A stretch of 64,000 nucleotides of DNA. Source: Styela clava. Lineage: Eukaryota. The notes beneath the pieces were generated by a model, which saw nothing but the letters and a program-made list of their open reading frames with translations, had not been told where the DNA came from and made no database searches. Shown here one piece after another: positions 1 through 11,838 of this stretch. The position numbers were made by a program, and so were the translations under genes. The stretch lies in the NCBI RefSeq assembly GCF_964204865.1, contig NC_135256.1, positions 13,454,001 to 13,518,000 on the forward strand. The letters run 5' to 3'. The number at the start of each line of letters is the position of its first letter. Position 1 is the first letter of the stretch.

Positions 1-1390
1 CCTTTTTCGCTATACGTAATTTTTCAAAAATGGGCCATTTTCGCTTCGATAATACCCTAGATTCTAATAAAAACAAGGCTTAGGTTCGAGTTGTGTGAAA
101 AACTTCAGATAAACCTCTTTAATAATAAATAATCAAATCGGATGCCTCTTGGGCGGAAGGGTGTGCTGCTAGGCTTTGAAATTTGGCTAAATCAGCTTTT
201 TTGGCTATAAGTAATTTTTCCAAATAAGGCCATTTTCGCTTCGATAATACCCTAGATTCTAATAAAAACAAGGCTTAGGTTCGAACTGTGTGAAAAACTT
301 CAGATAAACATCTTTAATAATAAATAATCAAATCGGATGCCTCTTGGGCGGAAGGGTGTGCTGCTAGGGTTTGAAATTTGATTGAATCAGCTTTTTTCGC
401 TATACGTAATTTTTCCAAAATGGGCAATTTTCGCTTCGATAATACCCTAGATTCTAATAAAAACAAGGCTTAGGTTCGAGTTGTGTGAAAAACTTCAGAT
501 AAACCTCTTTAATAATAAATAATCAAATCGGATGCCTCTTGGGCGGAAGGGTGTGCTGCTAGGCTTTGAAATTTGATTGAATCAGCTTTTTTCGCTATAA
601 GTAATTTTTCAAAAATGGGCCATTTTCGCTTCGATAATACCCTAGATTCTAATAAAAACAAGGCTTAGGTTCGAGTTGTGTGAAAAATTTCAGATAAACC
701 TCTTTAATAATAAATAATCAAATCGGATGCCTCTTGGGCGGAAGGGTGTGCTGCTAGGCTTTGAAATTTGATTGAATCAGCTTTTTCCGCTATAAGTAAT
801 TTTTCAAAAATGGGCCATTTTCGCTTCGATAATACCCTAGATTCTAATAAAAATAAGGCTTAGCTTCGAGTTGTGTGAAAAACTTCAGATAAACATCTTT
901 AATAATAAATAATCAAATCGGATGCCTCTTGGGCGGAAGGGTGTGCTGCTAGGCTTTGAAATTTGGCTAAATCAGCTTTTTTCGCTATAAGTAATTTTTC
1001 CAAATAAGGCCATTTTCGCTTCGATAATACCCTAGATTCTAATAAAAACAAGGCTTAGGTTCGAACTGTGTAAAAAACTTCAGATAAACACCTTTAATAA
1101 TAAATAATCAAATCGGATGCCTCTTGGGCGGAAGGGTGTGCTGCTAGGCTTTGAAATTTGATTGAATCAGCTTTTTTCGCTATAAGTAATTTTTCCAAAT
1201 AAGGCCATTTTCGCTTCGATAATACCCTAGATTCTAATAAAAACAAGGCTTAGGTTCGAACTGTGTGAAAAACTTCAGATAAACATCTTTAATAATAAAT
1301 AATCAAATCGGATGCCTCTTGGGCGGAAGAGTGTGCTGCTAGGCTTTCAAATTTGGCTAAATCAGATTTTTTCGCTATAAGTATTTTGAC
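1..1390. repeat. Tandem satellite array, 195-bp unit, about 7 near-identical copies (runs off the left edge of the window)
   Basis: GATAATACCCTAGATTCT recurs at 48, 243, 438, 633, 828, 1023 and 1218, a period of 195. Confidence 0.97.
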
Positions 1391-1780
1391 ATCAGGGCAT
1401 TTTGTCTGTGACAATACTCGAATTTCTAAAATTTTGCAGGGATTGTTTCGAGTTGTATGAAAAACTTAAGGTAACCCTCTTAATTATTGAATAGTTGAAT
1501 CTCGTGCCTCTTGGGCGGAATGGCTTTGTATTAGGATTTGAAAATGGTAATTTTACCCTCTTTTTGGCTGCTTGGATTTGTAAATGGTAATCTTTACCAT
1601 TTTTTGACATATGTGATTTTAACAAATGAATCCATTTTCGCTGTGAGAATACTCTAAATTCTAAAATTCGAAAAGCTTTGTCCAAGTTGCGAGAAATACT
1701 TCAGTTAGCCCTTTTTTCTATTAAATATTGAAACTTGACTACTATTGAGCGGAAGGGCATGCTGCTTGGATATTATACGT
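1391..1780. repeat. Two degenerate edge units of the 195-bp satellite
   Basis: Diverged matches to unit motifs: TTCGAGTTGTATGAAAAACTT, GCCTCTTGGGCGGAA, CCATTTTCGCT and GCGGAAGGGCATGCTGCT. Confidence 0.8.
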
Positions 1781-2159
1781 CATACGACGTAAAATAAACC
1801 AACTTTTGAATTCACGTAATCGAGACATATTGAAATAACAATAACTCCTTTACGCTCTGATTACTGCCTATATACCACAAAATGCATGTGAAAATTCTGA
1901 AATAACCAAGATATAATAATGAAATTCAACCCTTGTTACGTCATACAATACACAATTTCATACGAAGTAATAACTCGTGTACGGCAATCAAATTTTTTAA
2001 TAATTTACTAGGCTTTGAAGCATTCTAAGTCATTCATTTGTCCATCTCATTGTTGGATTAACACTTGAGGAAAATAAGCACATGCAAATGGGGAACCGCG
2101 TAAATTTTCATAGACGATTTTCCAACGGTATCTTAGTGTTTAGTAAATTAAGTCTAGAT

Positions 2160-2891
2160 CAGCACTTCTTAACCTGGGGTAAATTTACCCCTGGGGGTAA
2201 ATTTCTTCGTTCTTGGGGGTAAATTTGGTTATTGTAAAAAATGATTATGAACATACATAAACCACGGCTCGTTATGTTGCGATAAATCAGTGTTATCGTA
2301 TTATTAACAGTAGTCTTATATTTCAAACGAAACCGAAAACCAACACCTTCAATTAAGTGGTGTTCTTTGTTATTTTAACCATTCCATTAAATGTTGTCCC
2401 CAAAATAGCACACTAAAAGTTGTTGAAACAAAATGCTACTAAAAATAGCACAGAAATTCTCAGGGATTGGAGGAAAGACGGTTCTTTTAACGAGCGCGTA
2501 ATCGCGACCACTGTTTCAACAGTGAATGAGATTTTTAGATTTCGATCCCCTCCCCCCTTTCTTTAAAATCTTGGCTGCGCCCCTGATCAGGACGAATATT
2601 TAGATTTTGAGTTTACGTATACGTATCTTCTGTGCATGGAAATCTTTTCAAATAGTATCATGAAACCTGTCCAACTAAAACAGCACTTAGCATGATTAAG
2701 TAAAAACCGGTCCTTTTTTCAATACAGAAGCGAATATGGATTAAAAAAGAGAGTAAAAAAAGGCTTCGCGTCTACAGTTAGGGCCCTTTATACTTTACTT
2801 GATAACTTTTAATTAATGATGTTTTAGGGGTAAATTTTGTAATCCTGTTTGATGAAGGGGTAAAATATGCAAAAAAGGTTAAGAACCACTG
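2160..2891 (+). mobile_element. Non-autonomous hAT (Charlie/Buster-like) element with a transposase zinc-finger relic
   Basis: TIRs CAGCACTTCTTAACCT / AGGTTAAGAACCACTG; 8-bp TSD GTCTAGAT at 2152-2159 and 2892-2899. Internal translation 'LCMEIFSNSIMKPVQLKQHL' (about 2630-2690) resembles the Buster/ZBED5 'MKPSKLKRHL' motif. Confidence 0.85.
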
Positions 2892-3524
2892 GTCTAGATG
2901 GTCATATGATTTAGACCTCAACATTGGATCGGTTGAAATTAATAATTTCTCTCCTTGGAGTGCCATCTAACACCCCCGTATAAAGGTTTGCGGTCATGAG
3001 AACTATTACCCCAAAATGTCATGTAAAAGAATCATAACTTTTAATTAGTAGTAAATACTTAAACATATGCAGATGACATGGAAGACTAGTTTCATTATTT
3101 TTGTTTTATTTTTTTTATAACACATATGAATACGTAATCCAACATTTTGTCAACGGATCTTTCCTGTTCCCATTTCATCAGGCGAGTATATAAACTTTTC
3201 GCCAATGTAATTTAACAAATGAAACGCCAAAGTCGATCGAACCGCCGGGATGATCTCCACTCATTCGCAAGTTGCCGTAAATATATTTGAATTTACTGCT
3301 TATCGCAATGTATTTCTTCTGTATCTGTAAACTAAGTGTTATTCTCAGTGTGGAATTTAGGACTCGCCCATGATTTACACCAATGCCCTTCAATAAGCAC
3401 AAAACTGCAATATCGCGCTTCAATGAGCACAAAAACGAGATTTAACGCACCGCTGCGCAAAATTAGAAGAAGGTTTGCTACTAGCTTCACAGTGGTACTT
3501 TGGTAAGTAGTAAGACCCGTACTC

Positions 3525-3740
3525 CTGTAGTGTGTGTACGAGGTTAAGGTTAGGCCATAATTTTATTCCGATTTTCCTTATTTAATTCAATTACGAGTTG
3601 CGAACTGTCTGTGTTAGCTAATTGAATATACCCTCTGACCATAGTAATTAGTCCCTTAATAGAACTTGATGTAAATGAGACTAACACAATTAGTTACGGT
3701 ATCGGCATATTGGTTGGTACCGGTACACTTCTTGGAGATT
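3525..3740. repeat. Dispersed repeat with GTTAGGGTTAGG motif; second copy at about 7764-7963
   Basis: GTAGTGTGTGTAC-AGGTTA(A/G)GGTTAGGCCATAATTTT...CTGTCTGTGTTAGC...GAATATACCC is shared by both copies. Confidence 0.75.
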
Positions 3741-3950
3741 TGTATGCATTTTTAGAAAAATATGCTCAAAGCAAGGTGCACTCACTCAGCTTTATAAACA
3801 TTGTGATTTCTATGATCTAATATGGTTGTACTATATTCAACATTCAATTGATAATAAGTTTGTGGTTATTTGTTGCAGACTGTATTTGAGAGAATGCATT
3901 AGTTATGCATATATAATATATATAATTTGTGCAATCAATTAAATTAAGGT

Positions 3951-6900
3951 ATGGTATTTTTGACAAGAGCACTGTTTGTTCGGAGGTTTTCTAGGCAGCA
4001 GAAAATAAAATTAAAAGATTTATCACAATGGAGTCATCCACTCTATGGTTCGGAGCAAACTCCTGTGGAAGGCAGGATGAAAGGATTAATGAAAGGACTT
4101 TATCCTGTTACAAGAACAAGGGAATATTTGAGACAAGGCATCGTTTTCCGAGATTGTGTGAAGGTTATGACTATAAATTATGGAAATTATGAAGATGGGG
4201 AAAATAATCATGAAGGAATTAGGTGAGAAATTCATATTTTGGAGAAATAGTGGGCATATAAAACACATACCGGTAGGAATGACATTCAATTCTTTTAGAT
4301 GACGATGCTATTTTTTAATTTTAACTCTGTATTTGCTCGGAAGTCATTCATCAACTATTTCAGTGTCATTTAATAAAGGGTCTTACTACTTACTGAATAC
4401 AGCGCGAAACACCGCAAAGAGCGCAAAAGAGCACGAAACAGCGCAAAACAGCGCAAAAGAGAGGAAAACAGCGCGAAACAGAAGGAAACCAGCGCAAAAC
4501 AGAGGGAAACAGCGCAAAACAGGAGACGCAGTCATTACCACCTCCTGCCACGAAAGAACCACGGCGCCTCTCGCTATGGTTTTATGGCGCTATTTCCGGC
4601 ATATTTACAAGGTTATGTACCGGATTATAGGTCATCATGCGAAATTTTATCTACCTTTTTGGTGCTCCAGAAGTATGTGCAGCAATATGTCGCACAACCT
4701 GAATCCGCTACACACACACACACACACACACTATTTTCAGGTTGTGCGCCATCTTGGTGCACATACTTCTGGAGGTCCCTTTTTACCTAACCCTAACCCT
4801 AAAGCCAACCATATCCATATGGAAAATGTTCTAAATTATGGTACCCTAAATGTGTCACCAGCAGGGGCAGACCTGCCATTACAGCATTACTGGCTACATA
4901 CGTTGGTTTGTGTTTTTAATTTGCTGCCGTGGTACTCCAACTCAAAACAAGGTGTCCCGAACTCATTGCAAAATTTTTTTCTGCTTCACACTGTTTCCCT
5001 CTGTTTTGCGCTCTTTCGCGCTGTTTTGCGCTGTTTCCACACTGTTTTGCGCTGTTTCCCTCTGTTTTGCGCTGTTTCGCGCTGTTTTGCGCTGTTTCGC
5101 GCTGTTTTGCGCTCTTTGCGGTGTTTCGCGCTGTATTCAGTAAGTAGTAAGACCGTTTAATAAATGTCTCTTTTTAGAATAAGGCTTTAACATTCCTTCT
5201 AAAACTGAGATTGTATATGTTAACATGAATTTCACAACATTCTGAAAACTTTTTTTTTAAATAGGTGATTGAATTATGCCATAATCAATAGATATTTCTT
5301 TTATAATGGAAAATAAAAATCATATTCAATGGTTTACTATCTTGTGCAGAAGTTTACTTTTCATGTTTTTTTCATTTGAGCATCAGAGGTTAAATGAAAT
5401 CTGCTCAAACTTCAACTCTCGACCAACTCAGACAGTATATTTTCAATTAACGATTTGCAACTCCGCTTTCCAGAGATGTGATCAACATGAATCTCCAACA
5501 ACTCAGATACACAAATCCAAATGTTCACATTGACCTGATAGAAAACCTCACACCGACACCATATATTACATTTTATTTAGGTAAAAGTTTTTTTTTTTTT
5601 TTAATATTAAACTACCTTTAAAATTTAGCATGGGTACAGTTACTTGGATAACTCACTAAGTCAGGCTGTTATCATCGAAAAATCTGATATCATATTTTTG
5701 TTTTCTAATTAACTTTATCATCAATAACTGAGTAGATTGCCATCAGAAAACCCAAAGTAGCTACGGTATGTTACGTTTTTCAGAAATGGACTTAATGAAA
5801 ATATGTCATCATGAACCAGGAGCCATAAATTTCTTTATAAAATCTACATTTGTTAGATAAATTACAAATATGCCATTTTCTCAAAACCTTTAAATGTGAC
5901 ATATGCTTATTTAGTTTTACATCAGCGAAAAATTATTCGGAATTTGTTTTTTTTAAGTGGATTTATGTGGATATCAACACATCATAATAAGTCTTACAAA
6001 TAACAGAAAAGTGAATTGTGCACAGTGGCATTTTACCAAGAAAGTCCTATTTTTGCAGACTCTGGAGATAAGTTCCATGTAGATGTTGATGGCAAAGAAC
6101 AATTTGAAATCCTGACTCACCTTCAAAAAGTTATAGGAAAACCAAAGTATGTAAAGTATATTTTCGTTTTAAAGTCACTGAAACAAACACCTTGCTAACT
6201 AATCCATACCTGATGGGACTGGTAACCGGATGCGAGGCTTCGGTTCGCCATATGGTTAGATCACCTTTCCTCTTCACCAGGATAAATATTTAAATTCTAT
6301 CCAATTTAATGATAGATTATGATTCTCAGAAAGAGAATTTTTGTTTTATTTGGGAGAAGTTTCAACAGAGCATTGGATTTGCATATTTATCCCATAGGAG
6401 AGGAGACAGCTTAATCATATGGCAAACCATGGCTTCTTGGTTACCTTATCAGTCCATGTCGGGTGTGGGTTTAGGTGATGAGTTATTTGTTTCAAATACA
6501 TGAACTTGATGGTAGAGGAAGCCATAACACTGAATAGTGGTCACATGAACCACCTAATGGTGATAAGGAGTCTTGCAGTCCTTTGACATATTATCTCCCA
6601 CAGGAGAATCTACGAACCCAAGCAGGGTAGTCAGAGATGCGGTGGCGAGCATATTGTTACCGCTTAGCACTATGCGCAACATCGCTTAGCATATCATATA
6701 TCTTTCTATAAATTTTCTATGTAGTTTTGTATTGCCTCCTGTAGAGACCACTTTATAACATAGCATTATTGACTTGTCTTATTTGAGGGGCCCACAAATT
6801 TCGAGTATATTGTAAAAACGACCCACAGCACTGAAAAAGTGGGAACCACTGCTTAACAAAACCTTTTGTGAGGGGGTATATTTTGGAATATCAGTAATGA

Positions 6901-7178
6901 TCACTTAGAACTTGGTATAATATAACTTACTGTCTATCGTAAGTATATTTTCATTCCATGTAAATGTATTTTTCAGGCGTTTGTTGGAACAGGAAATGAC
7001 GAAAAAAGATGAAAACCCAGCAAATTTTGGGAGGAAGTTCAGTAGAAAATGTATTTGTGAAGTTGAAGGTCAAGTACCATGCTCTTCAAAACAGTTGGAG
7101 CCAGGTTATGCACGCGCTTTACATGGGAAAAACATTAATCTGAATCCAAAGAAATATGTTTTTGGTAAAGAAGAATAA
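3951..7178 (+). CDS. MRPS25: Mitochondrial ribosomal protein S25 (mS25); exons about 3951-4222, 5474-5580, 6059-6146, 6977-7178
   Basis: Spliced product [71 protein letters not shown] matches the known MRPS25 pattern. Introns are GT-AG with compatible phases. Confidence 0.93.
4378..5155. mobile_element. Foldback-type non-autonomous DNA transposon (MULE- or Merlin-like) in MRPS25 intron 1
   Basis: Long TIRs starting (G/C)GGTCTTACTACTTACTGAATACAGCGCGAAAC, built of 10-bp subrepeats (CAGCGCAAAA variants); 9-bp TSD TTTAATAAA at 4369-4377 and 5156-5164. Confidence 0.9.
4661..4779. mobile_element. Small hairpin MITE (about 110-120 bp) nested in the foldback element, with a (CA)n core
   Basis: Inverted arms GGTGCTCCAGAAGTATGTGC..CAACCTGAA / TTCAGGTTGTGCGCCATCTTGGTGCACATACTTCTGGAGGTCC; same family at 8473-8585 and 22121-22230. 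Confidence 0.85.
6200..6690. mobile_element. Two degenerate SINE copies in opposite orientation in MRPS25 intron 3 (+ partial 3' end about 6200-6305; - about 6370-6690)
   Basis: Match the SINE at 57310-57650, e.g. GGTAACCGGA..GGTTCGCCATATG and its reverse complement. Confidence 0.75.
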
Positions 7179-7674
7179 TTTAGTGCAAATGAATCTGGTA
7201 TGCCCATGAGGAAAAGTGTTGAAATTCGGAGTTTTGAGTATAAATGCATTTCCCTCTTTTGAAATCAATGCAATATTGATCATTGGAACATTGGACTGTG
7301 AATTAATTGCTCAGTGGATTATGCATGCTAGTAGATGGTGAACTCTCATCTGTGCGCTGCATTTAAATAATCTTCACCACCAGGCACCAACTATGCCTTA
7401 TTTATGATGCCCAAGGTTTAACGTCTTAAATCTGATTGATGACAAGATGACTATTGGAAAGGTTATGACTGTTCAAGTCTGGTATGCTTAAACAACTTGA
7501 GTGGTGACACTTTAGTATGCTTAACAAGTTAACATGATCTCAATCGCATACCAAAATGTCACCAATAGTATTTAATCTTATGGAGACATTCCCATAGACT
7601 TCAGTTCCTAACCTTTACTGAAAAACTGAGATCACATATCGAAGTATCACCACTTTAGTCTCTACTCTCTAGTC

Positions 7675-8357
7675 CAGGCGTCTCCAACTCAAAATATGTC
7701 ATGGGCCACTTTTTGAACTTTATTGACGAAGCGAGCCACAAACCAATAAATTGTGGTACACTTGTAGTGTGTGTACCAGGTTAGGGTTAGGCCATAATTT
7801 CATTCCGACTTTCCCTATTTTAATTATAATATTACGAGTTCAGGGACTGTCTGTGTTAGCCAAGTGAATATACCCCCTGCTTCGGTCCCTTTACACAACC
7901 TGATGTACAGTAGCCGAACAAAATTAGTTACCTTCATATTGGAACACGCACTTACGGAGCGCCCAAATGGTTATTAGAATTACACACAAGATACAAATCA
8001 TCCCACTTCTCTTGAAATATTCTGTGCTCTTCTTAACATTTCCGCTTCTTGGACATTGCGTATGGGTTTACTACTTTATAACAAGTTTAAAATAATCTAG
8101 TTTTGCTTCAACTGCACATAGGCAGAATTAATGATTTATAACTTGTTCATTTCGTCATTATAAAAATGCGGAATGAAATATTTAATTGGTAACGTGGTAA
8201 AGTGGAAGAACGGGAAAAAATTCTGTTTTTGTCTGACCGGACTTTTGATTATAAATAACGCGATAAAACTTACTCATAGTTGACATCGTACTAGTTTAGT
8301 TTATCTCAACCATAACGCAGGCCGAAAAAATTACGGGCCGCGAATTGGAGACCCCTG
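7675..8357. mobile_element. hAT-type MITE carrying a nested repeat at about 7764-7963
   Basis: TIRs CAGGCGTCTCCAACTC / GAATTGGAGACCCCTG; TSD CTCTAGTC at 7667-7674 and 8358-8365. Confidence 0.85.
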
Positions 8358-8472
8358 CTCTAGTCCTATCTTCTTATTTCCTGTAATTGTTTGTGCGGAT
8401 TTTCTTGAACTAAATCAAAAAAATGACTGTATGGTGTGAAATATATTGTAGAAGTATATAGTATTAAAATAA

Positions 8473-8650
8473 GGCGCTCCAGAAGTATGTGCACCAAGAT
8501 GGCGCATAACCTGATAGCCCTAACCGGGTACACATACTATTTTCAGGTTTTGCGCCATTTTGATGCACATACTTCGGGGAGCACCTAAAATAGGGGGTGG
8601 AGACGAAGCTAATACTATTTTCAGGTTGTGCGCCATCTTGGTGCACATGA
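8473..8650. mobile_element. Hairpin MITE (8473-8585) plus an extra partial arm (about 8612-8648)
   Basis: GGCGCTCCAGAAGTATGTGCACCAAGATGGCGCA arms; near-perfect 8-bp TSD TAAAATAA / TAAAATAG. Confidence 0.8.
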
Positions 8651-9004
8651 AATAGTGAGTGGAGACAGAGCTATTAATAAGTGCAAAATATGACAAATTT
8701 GCGGTCTGGGAAAGCGGATTGTTCTGTGTTTGTGTCACTTTTCCTCGGTTACCGTTATCAATAGAAAGGGGTAAATTTCTAAGGCCCGACCGATAGTTTC
8801 CTAACACTAGGCCGATATGGCTACAAGCAACACTCTGAGAATTCGTGCTTTCCCAGCGTAATTTTTACATTTTGGCAGTCACGTGATTGGCCGATAACTA
8901 TCGGTGAAATTAGCCGATACCGATAGTTCGAAATTTGTGAAGAACATGGCCGATATATCGGTCGGGCCCTAATTCCATACGATTCTTTGGCCCACAACAC
9001 CACT

Positions 9005-10231
9005 TCAATATTTTTCTTCTATTACCTGTCCCAATCGTCTTAATAAAGGCACAACTTCTGTGATGCTATCCACTGTTTTGTCAGCACCCAAATCACAATC
9101 TCCACCTGGACAGATGCCTATTGTGAGACCAACTTTTGAGTTCCGTCCCAGTTTCATGTCAATTGGCGTGTTTCCGACGACCACAACATTACTAGGTCTA
9201 ACGCCAGTGTCCGCACATATGGAATCAACATTCGAAGCATGTGGCTTTGGCAGAAGGGAAGGATCTTTTGCACATTTTGTAATGTCTATCATTTCTTCTA
9301 TTCCAAGATATGATATAGTTCTTTTGGTATCGTCTCTGGTACTGGAAGAGCATATTGCAATTTTGATTCCGAGGTTCTTCAAGTCTTTGAATGTACCAAT
9401 TACATCACCTTCAAATAGATATATTTTATTCAAAGATATAAGAACATTTGAACTGGACATAAGCGAACCAAAATAGTCTAGTCACGCTTACTACATGACA
9501 TTGCTTTGCTCAAAAATTCTTAATTAAATCAGACTAACCAATTGTCGCTGAAGATCTCTTATTCTGCTCATCTATCAGCGATTCGTGTGGTAGTAATTCA
9601 GCAGTGTCGAAAACGGCTAGTTTGTATGATGCACTGGTTTGCTGAATTGACTTCGTTACATATCTTTCTGAAAACCTTGGTCAAAAAGAAAATGTTTTTA
9701 TCAATCGAAGGTCGGAGACATAGGTGATACTTGTCGTTATCGGCGAGAAAAATAGCTTATATGATTCATATTTGGGCTAAAATTTCAGTGCAAATTTTCA
9801 GGGATTATACCGGTAAAAAACAACTTTCCATACAATAAACAACTTTCCAAAGTGCACGAGATACGGGTTATGCACTATTTGATAACGAAGAAAATCATTC
9901 GTAATTTGATCTGAGAGCAATAAAGCTAAAAAAATTTGTATTAGGATGTTTACGCAATTGCAAGTTAACCCTAAAACCGATTTGTGATTAGCCTATCACA
10001 GAATGCAATGACAATTTAGACTTTTGAGAGAAATTAAGCATAAAATTTTTTGTTTCGGGGCGGAAATATCGAAATGCTATCTAGAATTCGGCGTAGTTTT
10101 ACTAATTTTGTTTAGTTATTTATATACCGCAAAATCTTTATTTTTAGAATGAGTATTTACCTTATAATGAGCGTTTTCGGTTTTCCGAGAAATTTTGAAA
10201 ACGATCCGGAAATCATCTTGGACGGGCCCAT
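9005..10231 (-). CDS. HAD-superfamily hydrolase-like protein (HAD-C), cap-less with degenerate catalytic motifs; exons about 10231-10161, 9663-9539, 9408-9005
   Basis: The last exon GDVIGTFKDLKNLGIKIAICSSS..LPKPHASNV..VVGNTPID.KLGRNSKVGLTIGI..VDSITEVVPLL aligns with HAD-A and HAD-B. The middle exon gives YKLAVFDTAELL at the motif I position. The first exon (MGPSKMISGSFSKFLGKPKTLII) needs an AAG acceptor 4 nt downstream of a CAG, so it is less certain. Confidence 0.75.
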
Positions 10232-11838
10232 CACAGACTAACTCCAGGCAGCTATGTGCGTTGTAATAGTTTATTCAGGACGGTAAATGCCAATACCATT
10301 GAATATTACACACAAAATACTGGAAAACGGTCATTGGTGATTAAAAACGAAAATTTAGGGGATGAAGACAATAAATTTATTTTGTCATGCGAGAAGTCAC
10401 AAATAAGTAATTCATACATAAATTATCATACATTGGATAGGATACCAGATATCATCGCTATTAACAGGTAGTTGCGAGGGACCGCAACTGGTCATCAAGA
10501 GTCTGCGACATCGCCATTTATTTATCCAATATATATATATCAACAATGCTACGGAATCATGAAATATAGAAATACCGATAATTTCAGCTAAGACATCGAC
10601 ATTGTTTGAGAGTATTATTCGATTTATTAAAATACTTTAATGACATGATTAATAATCGTAGTTAAACGATAGTCAATCAATTAAAATTTAGAAAAATGTT
10701 TTAAAAATCTTTGCAGAACAATATATATACATACTATCATAATCTTTTATTAATAAAATGAAAAGAAAACAGCGTCATTTTGGATGAACTATCAGGTTAC
10801 ATAAGATTCATATGAAATTTAGAAATAAATAAAATTAATAACCTTTTAGCAACAACAACAACAATCTTTAACCACTGAAATGTTCAGTGTTAAAGAGAAA
10901 CGCGATTTTTTTCACAACAACAACATTACGAATACTAACAACAAAATATCAACAAACGATCCATACATAATTCCAATTCGTGTCCAAAAATGTGCATACT
11001 AAAAAGTCTATGCAAGTCTGATTGCTTGCTCGCATGGTGGGAGAATTGACGCCAAGAATGCAGTTCGATTTTTTTCGCGCTTCTATATATCTTTCACTCC
11101 AAACAAAGCTCTGTAAGCAGCAACTGCTTTGTAAGATTTGGAAACTACTTTATTTTGAAAAGAGTTTATTTTCAATTTTATTTTTTCCAACCAGTAAAAA
11201 ATATCACAATCATAAATTACGACAAAAATATAATTTACAGAGTTTATCTGATTCGGCGTCGCTAACCCGTTATATTGAGGGTGGGTGGGTTCAATTTTCA
11301 CGCCTATGACGTTATCCAAATCCCCCTTTTCTAGCATCATCTCACATGCGCCTTCCCTATAAGTAGCTGACCGCCTGACAATTCAAGAAATTTAATTCGG
11401 ATCTTAAAAGTAACGTTTGAAAGACCAATACAAATTGACATTACATGCTCATATTGTCGCCAACATCGGACATGTCTCATGCTCATTCGTTTTCTCTGAA
11501 TTTGATTAGTTCGAAGAAATCATTTCTGACAAGACGCGTTAGTCATTGGTTATTAATTTGAGCCCGCAATACTCGATAACTTGACCTATATATATGCTAC
11601 ATTTGCCTACATAGGAAAGCAATAACAATCATAATATACTGACTGATAACTGATGCAAAATCAAATACGACATACAAAATTGTGGTCGCCCCACACTACA
11701 AAATGAATGCGATCTCGTCTATTGTATCATTTTGAAATAAAGTTCAGATCATTTATTGTCTCGCGGATAGTTTCAACTTTATCAGTGCTGCTGCGAATTT
11801 GTCAAGCAGCTTTGCTTTCGCAACTTTTGTTTACACAG

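Noticed and set aside
1-1390. CRISPR-like array
   Set aside because: Contiguous full-length tandem units with no unique spacers, in a eukaryotic context.
4786-4802. Interstitial telomere
   Set aside because: Only 2-3 CCCTAA units, and the motif recurs as part of dispersed MITE-associated repeats.
4333-5160. 275-aa ORF and overlapping ORFs
   Set aside because: They are translations of foldback subrepeats and a MITE inside MRPS25 intron 1, low-complexity with no domain.
9060-9476. 138-aa + strand ORF, and similar ORFs at 61137-61654 and 58138-58470
   Set aside because: They are antisense or alternate-frame shadows of real CDSs.
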